Source: Epithemia pelagica (taxonomy: Eukaryota > Protista > Bacillariophyta). From it: 64,000 nt of DNA. Under the pieces are notes generated by a model that worked only from the letters and a program-made list of their open reading frames with translations, did not search any database and was not told the DNA's origin. Location: contig OX337239.1 in the NCBI GenBank assembly GCA_946965045.2, forward strand, positions 2,790,001-2,854,000. The letters run 5' to 3'. A program made the translations under genes and the position numbers. Below, piece by piece: positions 9,850 through 22,918 of this stretch (position 1 is the stretch's first letter; the number at the start of each line of letters is the position of its first letter).

Positions 9850-12800
9850 AGCTTAACGTCGCAGATCGGATTTGATATCAAAGACCATATGGCATGGGAT
9901 GTGCTTGTACCCAGGAGGCACTTCACCATAGGCTGGAAATTCGAAAGCAATCCCAACGTCCTTCCTTTCTTTTTCAATAGCCTTGCACCAGAAATCGGTC
10001 CCTGTTCGACGGTCAATTGTCAGTGCTTCTACCACAGAGTGGGGTAACTCAATGCCATACTTGTTCGAACGCTTCCATTAACGCGAGCGGACTGCCTTGA
10101 TCGCTGTGTGACGTGATGTACCATCAAGAAACGATGCGTCGGTTTGCTTGACAGCGGTCTTATCACTCCGATGTCCCACAATGGCTTTCAATGTGTTGAA
10201 CGCACTGCCCTCCGAGTCATTAAGATTCTCGGCGATCATATTAGTGGCATATGACTCAACCGATCCATCCGAAACTGTACATCGTAGTACAGGGTATCAA
10301 GGATTGGATTAGGGTCACGCTCACCTATTGGTCGTCCATGAGCGTCCTAACTGCGTCCAATGATGGTCACTCGAGCACTTTCACCTCCTCGCGACAGCAT
10401 GACTTCAGCAGTTAGATATTCATTAAGCTCCTCAGGTGTGTATATATTCATCAAGCTCCTCCGTTAGGATTTCATAGGCCATATCATCCATGTAATCATC
10501 GGCAAGCTCCATAAACGTCGTGGTGCTCCGGCTACTCTCATGACTTTGACTACTCCCTTCTTTAGCTCACGAATGCTTGCTTCGGCGGTGTTCTGCCATG
10601 GACTATAGGGAACCGTTTTCTCCATCTTGATGCGACATTCGTTGGATATTTCACGGGACTTCCCTAGGAACAATTCCCTGGCACCATCAGATACCATTGT
10701 CTGCGGAATCCCTATATTGTGGATCAAAGACGTCAATCTTTCAGGATGTTGCTTCTTGGACTTCCAGGGGTAAACATGATCAAATCCTTCGCCATCAGTA
10801 AAGACAGAGGCGCCCGTGTCCCCGTTCAGTGAGACCTCCTTGGAAAACATCTCATCCGAGAACCAACGGCCTTTCAAATTTGGGAACTTGAGCCATGGAG
10901 CCTTTTTGCGGACTTTACGCTCGGACGGGATTAAAACGTTGGGCACTCCAGCCTGCGTCATGACTTTCAGCGTATTCTTTGCTTTGGACAAACCTATGCC
11001 CCAACGCTGTGACAGTACGGTTGCATCAAGTGTTCCCTTTCCAGCAGGATTGGCTGGGGAAGACTCTTTGGCAGTCTTGATCATGAACACTTTACGTTCA
11101 CGGTGATCCTCCGGGACCTCATCAGGCTCCTCCTTCTCTGGATGAACGGTGACCGTCGCAATCAAGCGTTCGTATAGGTCATCGCCATTTGCGTCGGCGT
11201 CTAGATCAGGTTGTGGAGTGGAGAAGGCATGCTGATACGCGTGCATTGCCTTGATGAGCCTTGGAATAGAGGATGCGGCAATCGAATTTTGATCCCATTG
11301 CGAACGGCAGTAGCGGCAGCTACACCCAGTTTCTCCTCAGCGTTGGCAAAGTCGGCCGAACGATGTTGCCAAGGGCTATCAGCAGTTAGCACTATGCGCG
11401 GCAAGTGTTCAAGCTCGTCAGAAGTGGGTTTACGAGTGGGAAAGCCAGTCGATCGTTTGGCTGCCACATAGGTTCCAATCTTCGTTGGCACCTTTCAATG
11501 CGCCATTGGCAAGCATGGTATATTTCAAAGCCTCGGCGGACTGTTCTGTATGTTCTGCTAAACTCTTACATACCCCATACTGTTCGCGAAGCCTTTTTGG
11601 GATCTTGAATTTTGGACCAACGCCAAGACCAGACGGGACTGTAATGAACGATTGTTCCGATCTCTTCATAGAACCCAGATTTCAAGAGTCGCTGGTCCTC
11701 TTTGGTATGCGAACCAACATTTCAAGTACCTTCGAGGAAGTTGCCTTTCACAGACAGGGGGGACTTAACAAAGATGTCACCTTCTTCAGGGACAGAAGAA
11801 ACGTGCATGTGGCTCATATCAGGACGTCCATCCTGCTGCCATTGCCACATCGGTGGGTACGTTTCATATTCCCCCACGGGACAAGTATGCATGGACTTGA
11901 CAACGGCCGATCCGGGTTCGTTCCGTTGCGAATTGGCCTTGTGAGCAAATCGTCCAAAGCTGTTGCCAGCATTAGACTTAGCCGATACAGAATCATTTTC
12001 AGATGACTGCACGGATGAGGCAGAAGCACGAAACGTAACATGCTTGTCTGGAGAATGAGTAACGTCTAAAGATGTTTCAAGCAAGTCCTTGTCGACTTTC
12101 ATTACAACTGAAACATTGGTCTCAGTCTCCGACTTTGCATCGTCATCAGTACTCCCATGAGACGTTTTGGACTTCTTTGATGATGCGTTGGAAGAGTCGT
12201 CAGTAGTAGTGACCGAGGCAAGCTTGCGTTTCTCCTTCTTTGCTGCTCGGAGAGCTTGGACTTGTTTTCATCGGCCTCATAATGACCAGCGTCGATGCGA
12301 TCCTTCTTCTTCTTGTTCTTCTTCTGATTGCGACCCTCGCCCTTGCCCTTGCCCTTGTTCGTATTCGTTGCGACGGCAGCGGCGATCTTGCGAGAATTAT
12401 TGTTCGTTTCATTCTTTGCGGCACTGTGCACAGTCAAGAAATATTGCTGGTACGCTTCAAAACTCTCTAGCTTTGCCTGGTCACCGTTGACGACGGTCTT
12501 GGCCTGGACGAGGAATTTTGCGAAGGTCCAAGCTGGTCCATCAAAGATGATGGGATAGTACAGTTCATAGACACGATGTCGATCGGCCTTGTACTGGTCC
12601 CCCTCATGCTTCGTCGTAGCGATGAGGTCATCATCAATGGTGTCATAGGTCTTGCCACGTGCCTCGTCCGGTACGTCGGACTGTTCACGCAATACGTAGG
12701 TGAGCGGCACCCCTGTCGTAGGGTTACGATGCTTGGCCAGGTACTCCAGCCACATGCCGTCGTGGCTTTCCCACTCAGCCAGACTAGCCAACTTTTCGGG

Positions 12801-13186
12801 GGTACTGGGTCATCTTGACCATGAGTTGTCGTTTCATCCACTTGGCAATGACTTTAGCACCAAAGGTTCCAGCAGAGAGTGTCTCTCCGCGGACAGAACG
12901 GTACTCCAACCAATTACGGAAGCCTTCAAGCTTGAGGTTGGCTTGGTACGGAAAGGCAACACCGTCAGGATGAGCAGTCATAAGAGACAACGCCGTCAGG
13001 ATGCGGCATTCGAGCCAACAGCAAACATTTACCAGCTAAACCACTGCGGCTCTGCAGGTTGGGTCTGATAAATTGAATAAAAACTGACGGCCAGACGCAA
13101 AATACGGCTTGCAACAATCAAATCATCAAAAATTATTGCAACTAAACTATGGGGTGCCTGATAGGGGGCGATCGCTCATGGAGGGG
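9850..13186 (-). mobile_element. Copia family A copy A2, heavily internally deleted and rearranged; truncated 5' LTR at 13074-13186
   Basis: Fragments of the same gag, integrase and RT as A1 with deletions, stops and frameshifts. Confidence 0.9.
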
Positions 13187-13377
13187 TGATACGATTTCGA
13201 CAGTCGTTGTATCTCGGTACTTGAGGTAGGACACCCTGTCAGTCTGTCAGTCTGTCCACTGTTCACGAAGGCATAAATGACCGCAATCACACATCACACA
13301 ACACATCAATGACCCTTTTCATACATGACACATATGCCCCAAGATAGTATATTTAACCCCCAAGAGACTCAATGTCA
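13187..13377 (+). mobile_element. LTR family B, isolated copy
   Basis: TGATACG...TGTCA; near-identical to 31534-31716, which follows the RNase H end and PPT of copia B. Confidence 0.8.
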
Positions 13378-13390
13378 TCTAAGGAAGGAG

Positions 13391-13891
13391 CGGTACGCCA
13401 GTTTATGTCGGTTTAATTATCGACAAGAAAGCGCCCCTAAGCGCATCCTACTAGAATCATCCGCGCACAGGACACGCGCGCACCTACAAGAACATGCGCA
13501 TGCCCCTTCCTGACGTTATTACTAAAAAGTGCTTTCCAGAACCAGCAAGCGCATGACCCACATTTCACCAACTCCGACGCCATGCACGGTCAAGAACCAA
13601 TAGTCATCACATCCCTCTACCTTCATACACAGTCAAGAACCAACAGTCATCACATTCATCTACCTTCATGCACAGTCAAGAACCAAGAGTCATCACATAC
13701 CCTCCTATGTATGCACTCATCCTTGATTGTGTCACATCACCATCATGCGCATGACTCCAGCATCAAGTGCAAGCTTCCAGTTGAATACAGTTCATTCAAC
13801 TAGCGCCATGCACACAATCCCACTAACAACTAGCGAATGAATGGAACATAATACATGTAGCTATTTAGGAGTAGTATATGAAACGAAACCA
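13391..13891 (+). mobile_element. LTR family C, copy 2, with PPT at 13378-13390
   Basis: Homologous to 955-1408 and preceded by TCTAAGGAAGGAG. Confidence 0.65.
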
Positions 13892-16000
13892 CCTTGGATT
13901 TACTTCAAATAGTTTCGCCTTGGAAGTAGTCTTGCCCATGTGAGTCCACACATCCCAGCAATCCACAAGGATGGTCAATATAAATGCCTCGTCACTTGCA
14001 GTGAATGACTTCAAGGCCTTTCGCAATGTGTTCCCTTCCCTGCTGCTCACTGGCGTCACCAAAATTGAAATCAATCACGGTTTTTTTCACATTCTCACCA
14101 TAGACACATGGACCAAACACTTGCAAAAGATACGAATATGCGTTGTTGTCACACTTCTCCCCTCTTAATAACTGAAATTCTTCCAGGGTAGGCATTGGCC
14201 CAAAGTCTTCACTGTCGTTCAAAAGGCATGGATACCTGCGCTGGAAATTACTGTCACGCCATAGATCAAGACCAACATGCCCTAGATTCCACAACAGATT
14301 ATCTCACATCTATTTATGAGAAGAGGATGTGATGAACCAACATATTCACTCTTTGATTGACACTTACTTATGAATGCTTTTCGCATGGAAGCCAGAACAT
14401 TTGATTGTTTGCTTTGGAACTTTTCAAGCATATAAGATGAATGTTCAATCCACCACTCTTCTTGTTGTTCTGCATCCGTTATTCCTTTGTCTGTGAAATG
14501 GTGCTCAGTAAAATATGCTTTACCATACTTCCCCCAAAGACCATCCGGATCAACCTTAGTATCTTCAGACATTGAGAAATACTTTACATAACGCCATGCC
14601 ACCTTCCAAACAAATGCATCAAAGCACTTCTCCAATACCACCTTGGACTTTTTCTTCTGTTTTTGCTTCTCATTCTTGTTCTTTTCGACAGAACCTTTGT
14701 GTGTAGTGGATGTTACAATTGTACTCGTCGGGCAAGATGATTGATTATGGTGTACTGTTGTTGTCTGTGTTTCCTGTGCCAGCTGATTTTGAATATCATC
14801 TTTTAGAAGAGTTTCCATCGCCTGAACAGGCCCTGTTGTTAGCAAAGTAGATGATGAAGATGACGACATATCCGAAAGGGAAGAAACGTCGTTAGCAAAT
14901 GTATCATCTTATGCATTCAGCCCACAAACACCCCCATCATTAGAGCCGTCTCACCGACAAATTGAACTCTTCCATTCTGTGCATCTAACAACTTACTGAC
15001 AAGTCCTCCAGCGGGAAAATGTCTCTCATTAGGATCAAAATCACCTCCATCATACTCACTGGGTCCATTATTCATATTCTGCAATGCTCGTTGCATTTCA
15101 GGTCCAGTGAGAATATTTATACCAACGTCGTCATCCTCCATATTGTTAACGGCCGTGTTTGTTGGTTGCACAACACCAGATGAGGGTTGTGTTCTCAGCC
15201 CACCCTGTTCATTACTGCTATCATCTGCTGAAGTCACATCGGCCCCATCTTTTTCTGAATTTGTTGTCTGCGCCAAACGATCGCTACTCCCTTCCACGGT
15301 TGTGCCTTCTTGTGCTTGTGCTTGATCATTGTGTGTCGAGATCTGTTCTTCTTCCTCTTCATCATCGGAACTATCTTCTTCAAGTAAACCTCCATTGGCT
15401 GCTGCAATAAGATCATCCTTGCTCGGAATAGTTGCATCCTTGTTAGGAATATTCTCTTTATTCCTTGCCACTGCCGCCAAGATGCGTTGCCGTTGTTGGT
15501 TAACTTCTTTCTGATTGTTTGCATAGTTTGGATTTCCGACTGCTAAGGGTCGACGCCTCATTGGGGCAGCATTTCTGGAAGTGACTCCTGTCATCCTTGA
15601 TGTTGGATGCTCCGTCCAATTTATGACAAGCATGTGAACAAGAGGGTGACAACAAGTCTTCCGCATGGTTCAGATGTGATCAACCAGACAAGCATTGAAA
15701 TTCAAACGCTGGAATGTTTGAATCATACACTCCATGTTCGAATCATTGTTGTCTTGAGAAGGTATGAAGATGAGCATAGTTGTTTTCAAGTACATCATAC
15801 TTGTGAGATGGAGCATTGGTGCATGGTTTTGAATGATTCTTGCCATTTCCTTTCGACTGTCGACAGTGTCGGTATCCTCGGTAGAGACAAGACGTTTGAA
15901 TTCCAATCACCGCTATCACGGTTGGTATCTGACCCGGCGGGCTGGATTGGAATAAGTAGATACCCACGACCGTTTGAAAATATAATGGTAAGTTCATGTA
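13892..16000 (-). pseudogene. Accessory gene of a Plavaka-like DNA transposon; probably multi-exon, decayed, 3' end cut by LTR-C
   Basis: Chain of minus-strand ORFs with an acidic low-complexity middle and a C-terminal FTASDEAFILTILVDCWDVW motif of the kind I recall beside such transposases; head-to-head with the transposase. Confidence 0.55.
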
Positions 16001-16171
16001 CATAAATGATTTTCAGTCGCTTTTATGCACCAACGTCGGCCGATCCACCCAATGCGAGGAAATTCTGATACATGCCACAAGATTGACCACCGATGTCCCA
16101 ATTTGCAGAAATTGATTATAGAGCATTTTTCATTCCAAACCAAAATCTAAAACCAACAGCATTGTACCATC

Positions 16172-17575
16172 ATGGGCCAGCGTCGTAACGTGGAAAAGAA
16201 ATCGCGAAAGAGATGCTGGACTACAATCCAACAAGAGGAGTCCTTTATATCCTTTCAAGTGTGTCGTTTCTGTCAATCACGTTTCGATGCAAGAGGAATC
16301 AGCCGTCACGAAACAGTTTGTGAATTGAAAATGAACACCCAAAGGAAATGGCCAAATGTTGGCGATGACAACGATGATTGTGCCAGTAATATGAATGATG
16401 ATCCAATGAATATTGATATCATGGACGATGAAACCACTATTCCGCATGCTGACCCACCAAAAGCATACTATGTACCTGGTGATACAGATAATATTATTCT
16501 GCGCAACAGCAAGGAGTGCCCGGTTGATTTTCCTGCTTTCCTCGATAGAGATGGGAAGCAATTGAAACTTCATAAACACGATGCAGCCTTGGTCTCACTT
16601 ATGATGTTACTTCGGAAAGCTGGTTGTCCCAAATATTTGTACAATTCGATCCTGGCATGGTCGAGTGACACATACTCAAGATGCGGTCCTGGTTCTTCCT
16701 GGACAACCATTCAAAGAGGAAAACGTTCATCGAAAAGTTTTCTACCAAAGGTTTCAATTATCCCAAGGCCAAATTTTTCCTGGTACCAATGGAATTCACC
16801 CAAAAACAGGGTGTGGTTGTACCAGAGAGTGAGAAATCAATAACAACACCAGTATTTGATTTGATCAGTCAACTACAGCGTGTATGACAAGATCCCCAAG
16901 CAACCAAGAAAGAAAATACGATCCTCGATGAGGACGATCCGTATCGTCCGTATGTTCCAAACAAGCGCATCCAAAATATTCAAGACGGAGAAGTATTTCG
17001 GAAAACAGTGGAGAAATATAGAGATGATCCAGATGCGTTTATGGTTGGTCTTGTCTGTTATATGGACAAAACACATGCAACAGGAGATGGAAGATATACA
17101 TCTGAACCCTTTGTATTGGTGCCATCATTTCTAACTGAAACACAAATAAGGAAAGCAAAGCTAAAGATCATCCTTGGGACTATTACCAACATGGAACGAA
17201 AGTCATCAGCCGCCAAACATATTCTTGACAAAGGAACTCCCTGCCGAAATTATCATGCCCAGTTAACAAAGATCCTAAAAGGCCTTGTCAGTATCCAAAA
17301 ACAGGAAGGTTTATGGATGAAACTACGCCTCCATGGGATTGTCAAAGTTGTCCATTTGATATTGCCGATGATCGTTGTTAAAGGAGATGGGAAGTCTCAT
17401 GATAATCTCGCAGGTCGGTATGCTTCACATCATCCAAGTGTTGGAAGACTATCGTGGTGTTGCAACATTAAACCAAGGGATAGCAGATATCCATGGTATC
17501 AATGTTCTTATATCAACGCCGCAAGTACATACAAAATGTGCTTGAATGCATTAGGACTCAATGAAAATCGAGAAG
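16172..17575 (+). pseudogene. Plavaka-like (CACTA/EnSpm-related) transposase, frameshifted and 3'-truncated
   Basis: N-terminal CxxC...H...C finger; VFDLISQL, GLVCYMDKTH, SEPFVLV, KGDGKSHDNLAGRY and RLSWCC motifs. Confidence 0.75.
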
Positions 17576-20300
17576 AACTGACTGTAGTTGTAGTGTCTTC
17601 CACTGTTTTCTGGTGTCCCTCTATCTTCTCCGTACCAAACATGTGTATGTTACTCTTGATCTTTTGTCCACACTGGGGACACCATACATTATGATACTTG
17701 AACCGTATTCGTAAGCAATTTCCGTGAACCAGATGTCCACATGGGATGAGAGTACAGACTTTCAATGCCCTGTTACAGCCTACGCAAGAATCTGGACAAT
17801 ACACAACGGTCGGTAGCAATTGATTTATATCTCTTTTGGAAAGTTTGGCATCAAGTAACACCTCCTTGGGTTCTAATCCCACCTTCGGAGCCGGTTGAAA
17901 CAATACGTCACCATCCGTATTCCACGTCTCTGAACACCCACCATCAGATAGATCGTTTATCGGTACCACATGAAAACCCCACTTCAACAGGATCGTCGTC
18001 GCTGTTACCATTGAAATTATCAGGACCCAACACCAAAGGAGAGATCGAATCGCCACCAACAGCATGCTCTATTCCTCACGAAAATTCATTATTGTACCGC
18101 ATTTGATTGCTCGAAAAACAATTGGATATCGTCATACTCTTGTCTATCTGACCTTCTTTCCGACCCGGGCTTGGTCGACTATTCATTATGTTTCCAAGCA
18201 TTCTGATCACAATAGCTTCTGGCATTGGCTTTGGAGTATCCTTCTTGGGTTCTGGCATTTTCACAATGCAATATCGCCACTTGTTACATTCATTGTTTGT
18301 ATCATGTGTCGTTTCATCGTCTTCCACCAATGATGGGTCATAACATCGACTGACAGGCGGGGCACCTTTTGACGTATTGACCAGGTCCCATTTCCGTAGA
18401 ACATTATGCGTTGTTCCTTCCCAGTATTGGTCTGATTCATTATTTATTGGTTCGTAGATATGAAGTATGTTTTTTGTCGATTTCGAAAGCCAATAGAGCT
18501 GGGTCGCTGACATCCGTTGCTGTTGTAAAAGCAACGATCGCCAATATCAGTGTTTTAGGTTCTTGTAGTCATCATGATGACATAGGAATTTTCTTAGGAA
18601 ATGGGTCCCTGTTCGCTACATCAAATGTTACTTTGTCAACATATACTAGGTTCTGATGGTTGTGATGGACCATCAACTTCAAACAAGTATAGAAAGACTC
18701 AATCGGCATGCCCGTCCTTGAAGTGTTGTAGCAAAGATCTCTCCGACGATGTCTATGCGGGATGTGCAAAACACGCGTTGTAGGGTCCTGGTCATTCATC
18801 AACCCACTGTAAGACATGCACAGGGTGCACGTAAATAATGTCTTGATTTCAACATGCGTGTTGTCCTTCCCCATACTCTTAGCATACTGGGTTGCTAGCT
18901 TCATGGCCGACTTGATGTTCTCGTTGTTTCTGTCAGATTGTTTTTCCACAAACTTGTCTAAGTAATCGTCACCAATGTTGTCGATGGATTCATTCGAGTC
19001 CCATGAGTCTTTTCTTCTTTTCTGGTTTACTATAGGAAAAAGTATGTGTGGAATTTTAATAAAAGGCGGTGGTACCACACCATCACCTGTCTCCTCATTT
19101 CCCTTGTTTATGGAAGCACAACGTCTATAAGACAAAGAGTTCAATCATTTTTGAGATTGTCTAATCCTTGTCAATTCTTGGCAAGTCACTCGGACATCTT
19201 ACCTCGTCGTCTCCGGTTTTTTCATCGTCGTCGCTTATAATCTTCCTGACCTCTTCCATGCGGTCTGATTTGAAGGCGACTTGTTTCGTCGTTGTAATAG
19301 AAGCTGGTTGTACTTGTTCCTTTCTCTCGTCAGTAGGATCATTATCAGCGACGACCTTCGGTCTCTTTTTTACCGGCGAGTCTGTACTCCGACGTTGTAC
19401 GGCAATTTCTTTCGATTTCCTGGCAGACAGTAATTCTTGTTTTTCTATATAATGCAGTAGTTCGTAGAACATACCGCCATCGTCTCCGTTTCTTCCATAT
19501 TGTATCAAAGAATCTCTTTCTTCAAGGTACATCTTGAACCATGTGTCAGGCATCGTATACAACAGTGCTTTCTTCATTTGGATATTGGAAATCACGCCCA
19601 TGTTCTCGTCCAATGTCGATTCTGAGATGAAACGGTGTATGGCCACCATATGTTCGATAACCCATGCAATTTTACCAACAGGTACGAGACGCGGCTTCCT
19701 GTAAAGGGAGGAATCATCTAGAAGGTATTGCTTCAATGCTTCTCCAATCCCACCGACCCCTTTGTGTGTCTTCTTAGAGACTAGGCCATGAGAGGAAAGA
19801 AATCTGATTATGGTTTGTCTCAGATTCTCAGCACTGTCTGTCACTGTCGTCCCAAATACCTGATTCCAATTATTGGAAACAGGACTGTAGAGAGTCTTTT
19901 TAAACAACAGTCTAGCATCCATCTCGTTCTTAATTCTTGTAAAACAGAAAACGGAGTGACAGATGATATCTTGGAATGCAGGCGAATAATAGATTGGTAG
20001 GAATATCTTCACATAATGGCCGCCATGTGGTACCTCCACTGTTGTCCATTTTCCTGATTTGTCTTGGAAAACACTTTCATACTAATTGAGGATACTTTCG
20101 TAGATAATGGGTATAATACCGGTGTAGTGAGGTTCCTTGCTTGTGTGTGTTCGAAGTTTACGATTGGTACCAGACACAGCCGTAGTCGACTCATCCTTTC
20201 TTTTGTTTCGCATTTCATCATTCATTGAAGAAGGGTCACCAGGATTCTTAGCGGTCGGTAACTTTTTGTAGCGAGGGCCCTTGATGCGATTGCCCGCCAT
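17508..20300 (-). pseudogene. Large gene: Gag/capsid-like domain, charged linker, CxxC/IPHR domain, RING-H2 finger (17670-17786)
   Basis: In-frame TAG at 20082 joins ORFs 20300-20082 and 20039-19161; gag-like LKQYLL...RKP...KKALLYTMPDTW; RING-H2 CVGC-x10-CGH-x2-HGNC-x10-CPQC; homologous to 62339-64000. Confidence 0.65.
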
Positions 20301-20314
20301 TTTGTACTTGTTAC

Positions 20315-22250
20315 GATGCGCTCTTTGTGTAGCGTCTTTGTTTCAACAACAAGAAGAACAATGGTAGCCGAGGAAGCGCTTTAATTGTAGCGTCTTTAAG
20401 ACCACCTTGTGTACTTGTCTATACAGTAAAGAGTGTGCGCTGAATTGTGTAGCGTCTTTGGTATGATCCTGAACTCTGGTGGTAACAAAACAACAACCAA
20501 AATCGAAGGAATACACTACGATGCGCTTTATGTGTAGCGTCTTGTTTGTTGTGATCCAACAATCGGTGCCAGAATTTGTTACTCCAAAACCAGGGGTTGG
20601 TTGGTTGTCCAAGCAATCTCGCGACAAGAATAGAACAGAAGCAACTGGCTACCACCGTGTCACACTGCTTGCTTTGGGTCTGTTCTATTCAAGTCGGAGT
20701 ATCACGAGGACAGGAGGGTTTGTGATAAGAAATCTTCCTTGCAAGAGACGACCGTGAAAAGGTAATCAAGTACCAACAATCTAACAGATAGCCCAAAACC
20801 GCTTTAATTGTAATAGCGTGATTAGAATGAAGGAAAGAGTTGGGTGAAACAAGCAACAATCAAACAGATGCCGCATGCCGCTTTAATTGTAGCGTGGTGA
20901 TTGGAATGGCAGAGCTCCAAGATAGGACAAATGTCGACGATATTTCGAATGCTCTGGTGGTCGTTCTTCTTGGGTTCCTCTTCTTTATGTTTTCCTGTAG
21001 CGGTTTTGGAGTGAAGGTGGCTGAGGGGAAGCAAGCAACAATCAGACAGATGCCCCAAGCCGCTTTAGTTGTAATTACACTATGACGATACTTTTTTCTA
21101 AGTAGACTCGTGCTATTATTCTAGTAGTCGCCACTGGTCTCTAAGTAAAAATCGTCCAGTGTCATTATTCTAGTAATTTTTAGTCTTGATCACGTGTAAT
21201 GGCACTGGAAGAATTTGATCAAGGTAGATACCGGTACCGGTATATCTACTAGTAGAGGAGACTAGTAGAGAGGCATCCTTAGTGCTTAGACATGTCTAAA
21301 TTCAAGAATGGACCATAAGCGCTCAACCTAGGACGGATGTACGGGTTTAGCACTCGGGGTTAAGGATCGTGTCGACTGGGTTGTGGGTTGTGAGATGTGT
21401 CACGGCATCTCCAGCACGGAGCAGAATTTCCGTTTCGTCGGAGTATAGAACTATTAGTAGCATGTTACAACTGTAGTGATCACGCTGGAGGATTACAACT
21501 CTTGTTTGAATTGTGTCACGTGTCACGCATCACGCAGAGAATTTGATGCCAAGAAAAACTTGATGCCAAGCAAGTACTCCTCCTCCCAGAGGATAAAGGA
21601 TACTATCAAGTAGATAGTAGGGATAGCGACTACTACATGTAGGGACTAATAGCACTCGTCTACTTTGGAATAAAGTATCGACACTGTGGAATTACATTTT
21701 TAACTGAGGGCAGGCTACGCTCAGGGCACTCGTGCCGTTACAGCTGTTGTGCGCACTCGTGCGGCAGCTGAAGCTGCAGGCACTCGTGCGCCAACAGCTG
21801 TAACGGCACTCGTGCCCTAAGCAGCCTACCCTCGTTATATATTGTAGCGTGATTAGAATGGCAGAGCTGCAAGATAGTGCAAGTGTCAATGTCTCGAATG
21901 CTCTGGTCGTTCTTGAGTTTCTCTTCCTCTTCTTCTGGTGCAGCGGTTTTGGAGTGAAGGTGGCTGAAAAGGAAACAAGCAACAAAAGGTGGCTGAAAAG
22001 GAAACAAGCAGCAATCAGACAGATGCCCCAAGCCGCTTTAATTGTAGGGTGATTGGAATGGCAGAGCTGTTAGGTTGGTGAAAGAAGCTGGATAGGTAAA
22101 AGGATTGAGAAGGGAATCTTGGCTGAGAGGAAGCAAGCAACAATCAGACAGATGCCCCAAGCCGCTTTAATTGTAGCGTGATTAAAATGGCAGAGCTGTT
22201 AGGGTGATGAAAGAAGCTGGATAGATAATTGGATTGAACAGGGGAATCTT
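20315..22250. repeat. Degenerate tandem array containing ~10 copies of palindromic CGCT-N8-AGCG
   Basis: Motif seen at 20319, 20377, 20437, 20524, 20800, 20879, 22034 and 22163, with partial copies at 21061 and 21840. Confidence 0.85.
21078..21688. mobile_element. ~610-bp TIR-bounded non-coding insertion (MITE-like)
   Basis: Left end CACTATGACGATACTTT; the right end reverse-complemented reads CACAGTGTCGATACTTT. No clean TSD. Confidence 0.45.
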
Positions 22251-22700
22251 GATTGCGTTGGGTGATCGATTGCTGTTGTTGCTGCTGCTGCTATTGTTGT
22301 TTGTTGTGCTGTGTTGGGTGGAGGTGGAGGGAGATGAATGAGCATCGATTCTGGTGGTCGTTGATTGTTGAATGACTAGTATGCTAGGTTGTTCGGTTTT
22401 CTTCGATGGATCAGAGTGTCGAGTTGGTAATCCCCGCGGTTTGGGTGATTGGGAAGGAGGATCCGGTTGAGAATGTCTGAGACATTCTTTGGGACATCCA
22501 TGTGCGTCAGTCTTTCTGGCAGCTGCTGTGTGATGTGGTGGGAGTGGAAATTTGTGATTCAAAGGTGAGGGACAGACGCTTGCGCATGAGGGTTGCGTCA
22601 TGCGCGTCTCGGGGAGGTCGAGCGCGCCAGACAGTTGCAGCGCGCATTATCAGAGAGGGGTGCGCGTTATTTGTGGTTTGATCGCGGGCTTGTGTGCATT
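22250..22700 (-). repeat. GC-rich leader/end of the gag-like-RING element, copy 1
   Basis: Shares blocks with 59200-59790 (GCGCG..GCAA-CTGTC..GCGCG; CTCAGACATTC..GATCC; ACCAGAAT..GCTCAT..TCTCCCTCCACC; CAA-rich tract). Confidence 0.7.
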
Positions 22701-22918
22701 AAAATCGTTGCATGCGCGTGATATGTAGCTCGATCTCTAACATGAACTAGCATAATGCACATTGTTAGACCTAGATTTGCAGAAATAGCTAGGAAAGCAA
22801 GATTATAGTTTTAAACTGGGCATAAAAAAATTGCTGACCGTTGTCGGTAATCAAGACTGGAATAACCAAGACTGGAAATGGTCTTGTTGACCTTGTCCCA
22901 ATGTTTCTTCCCACACAG

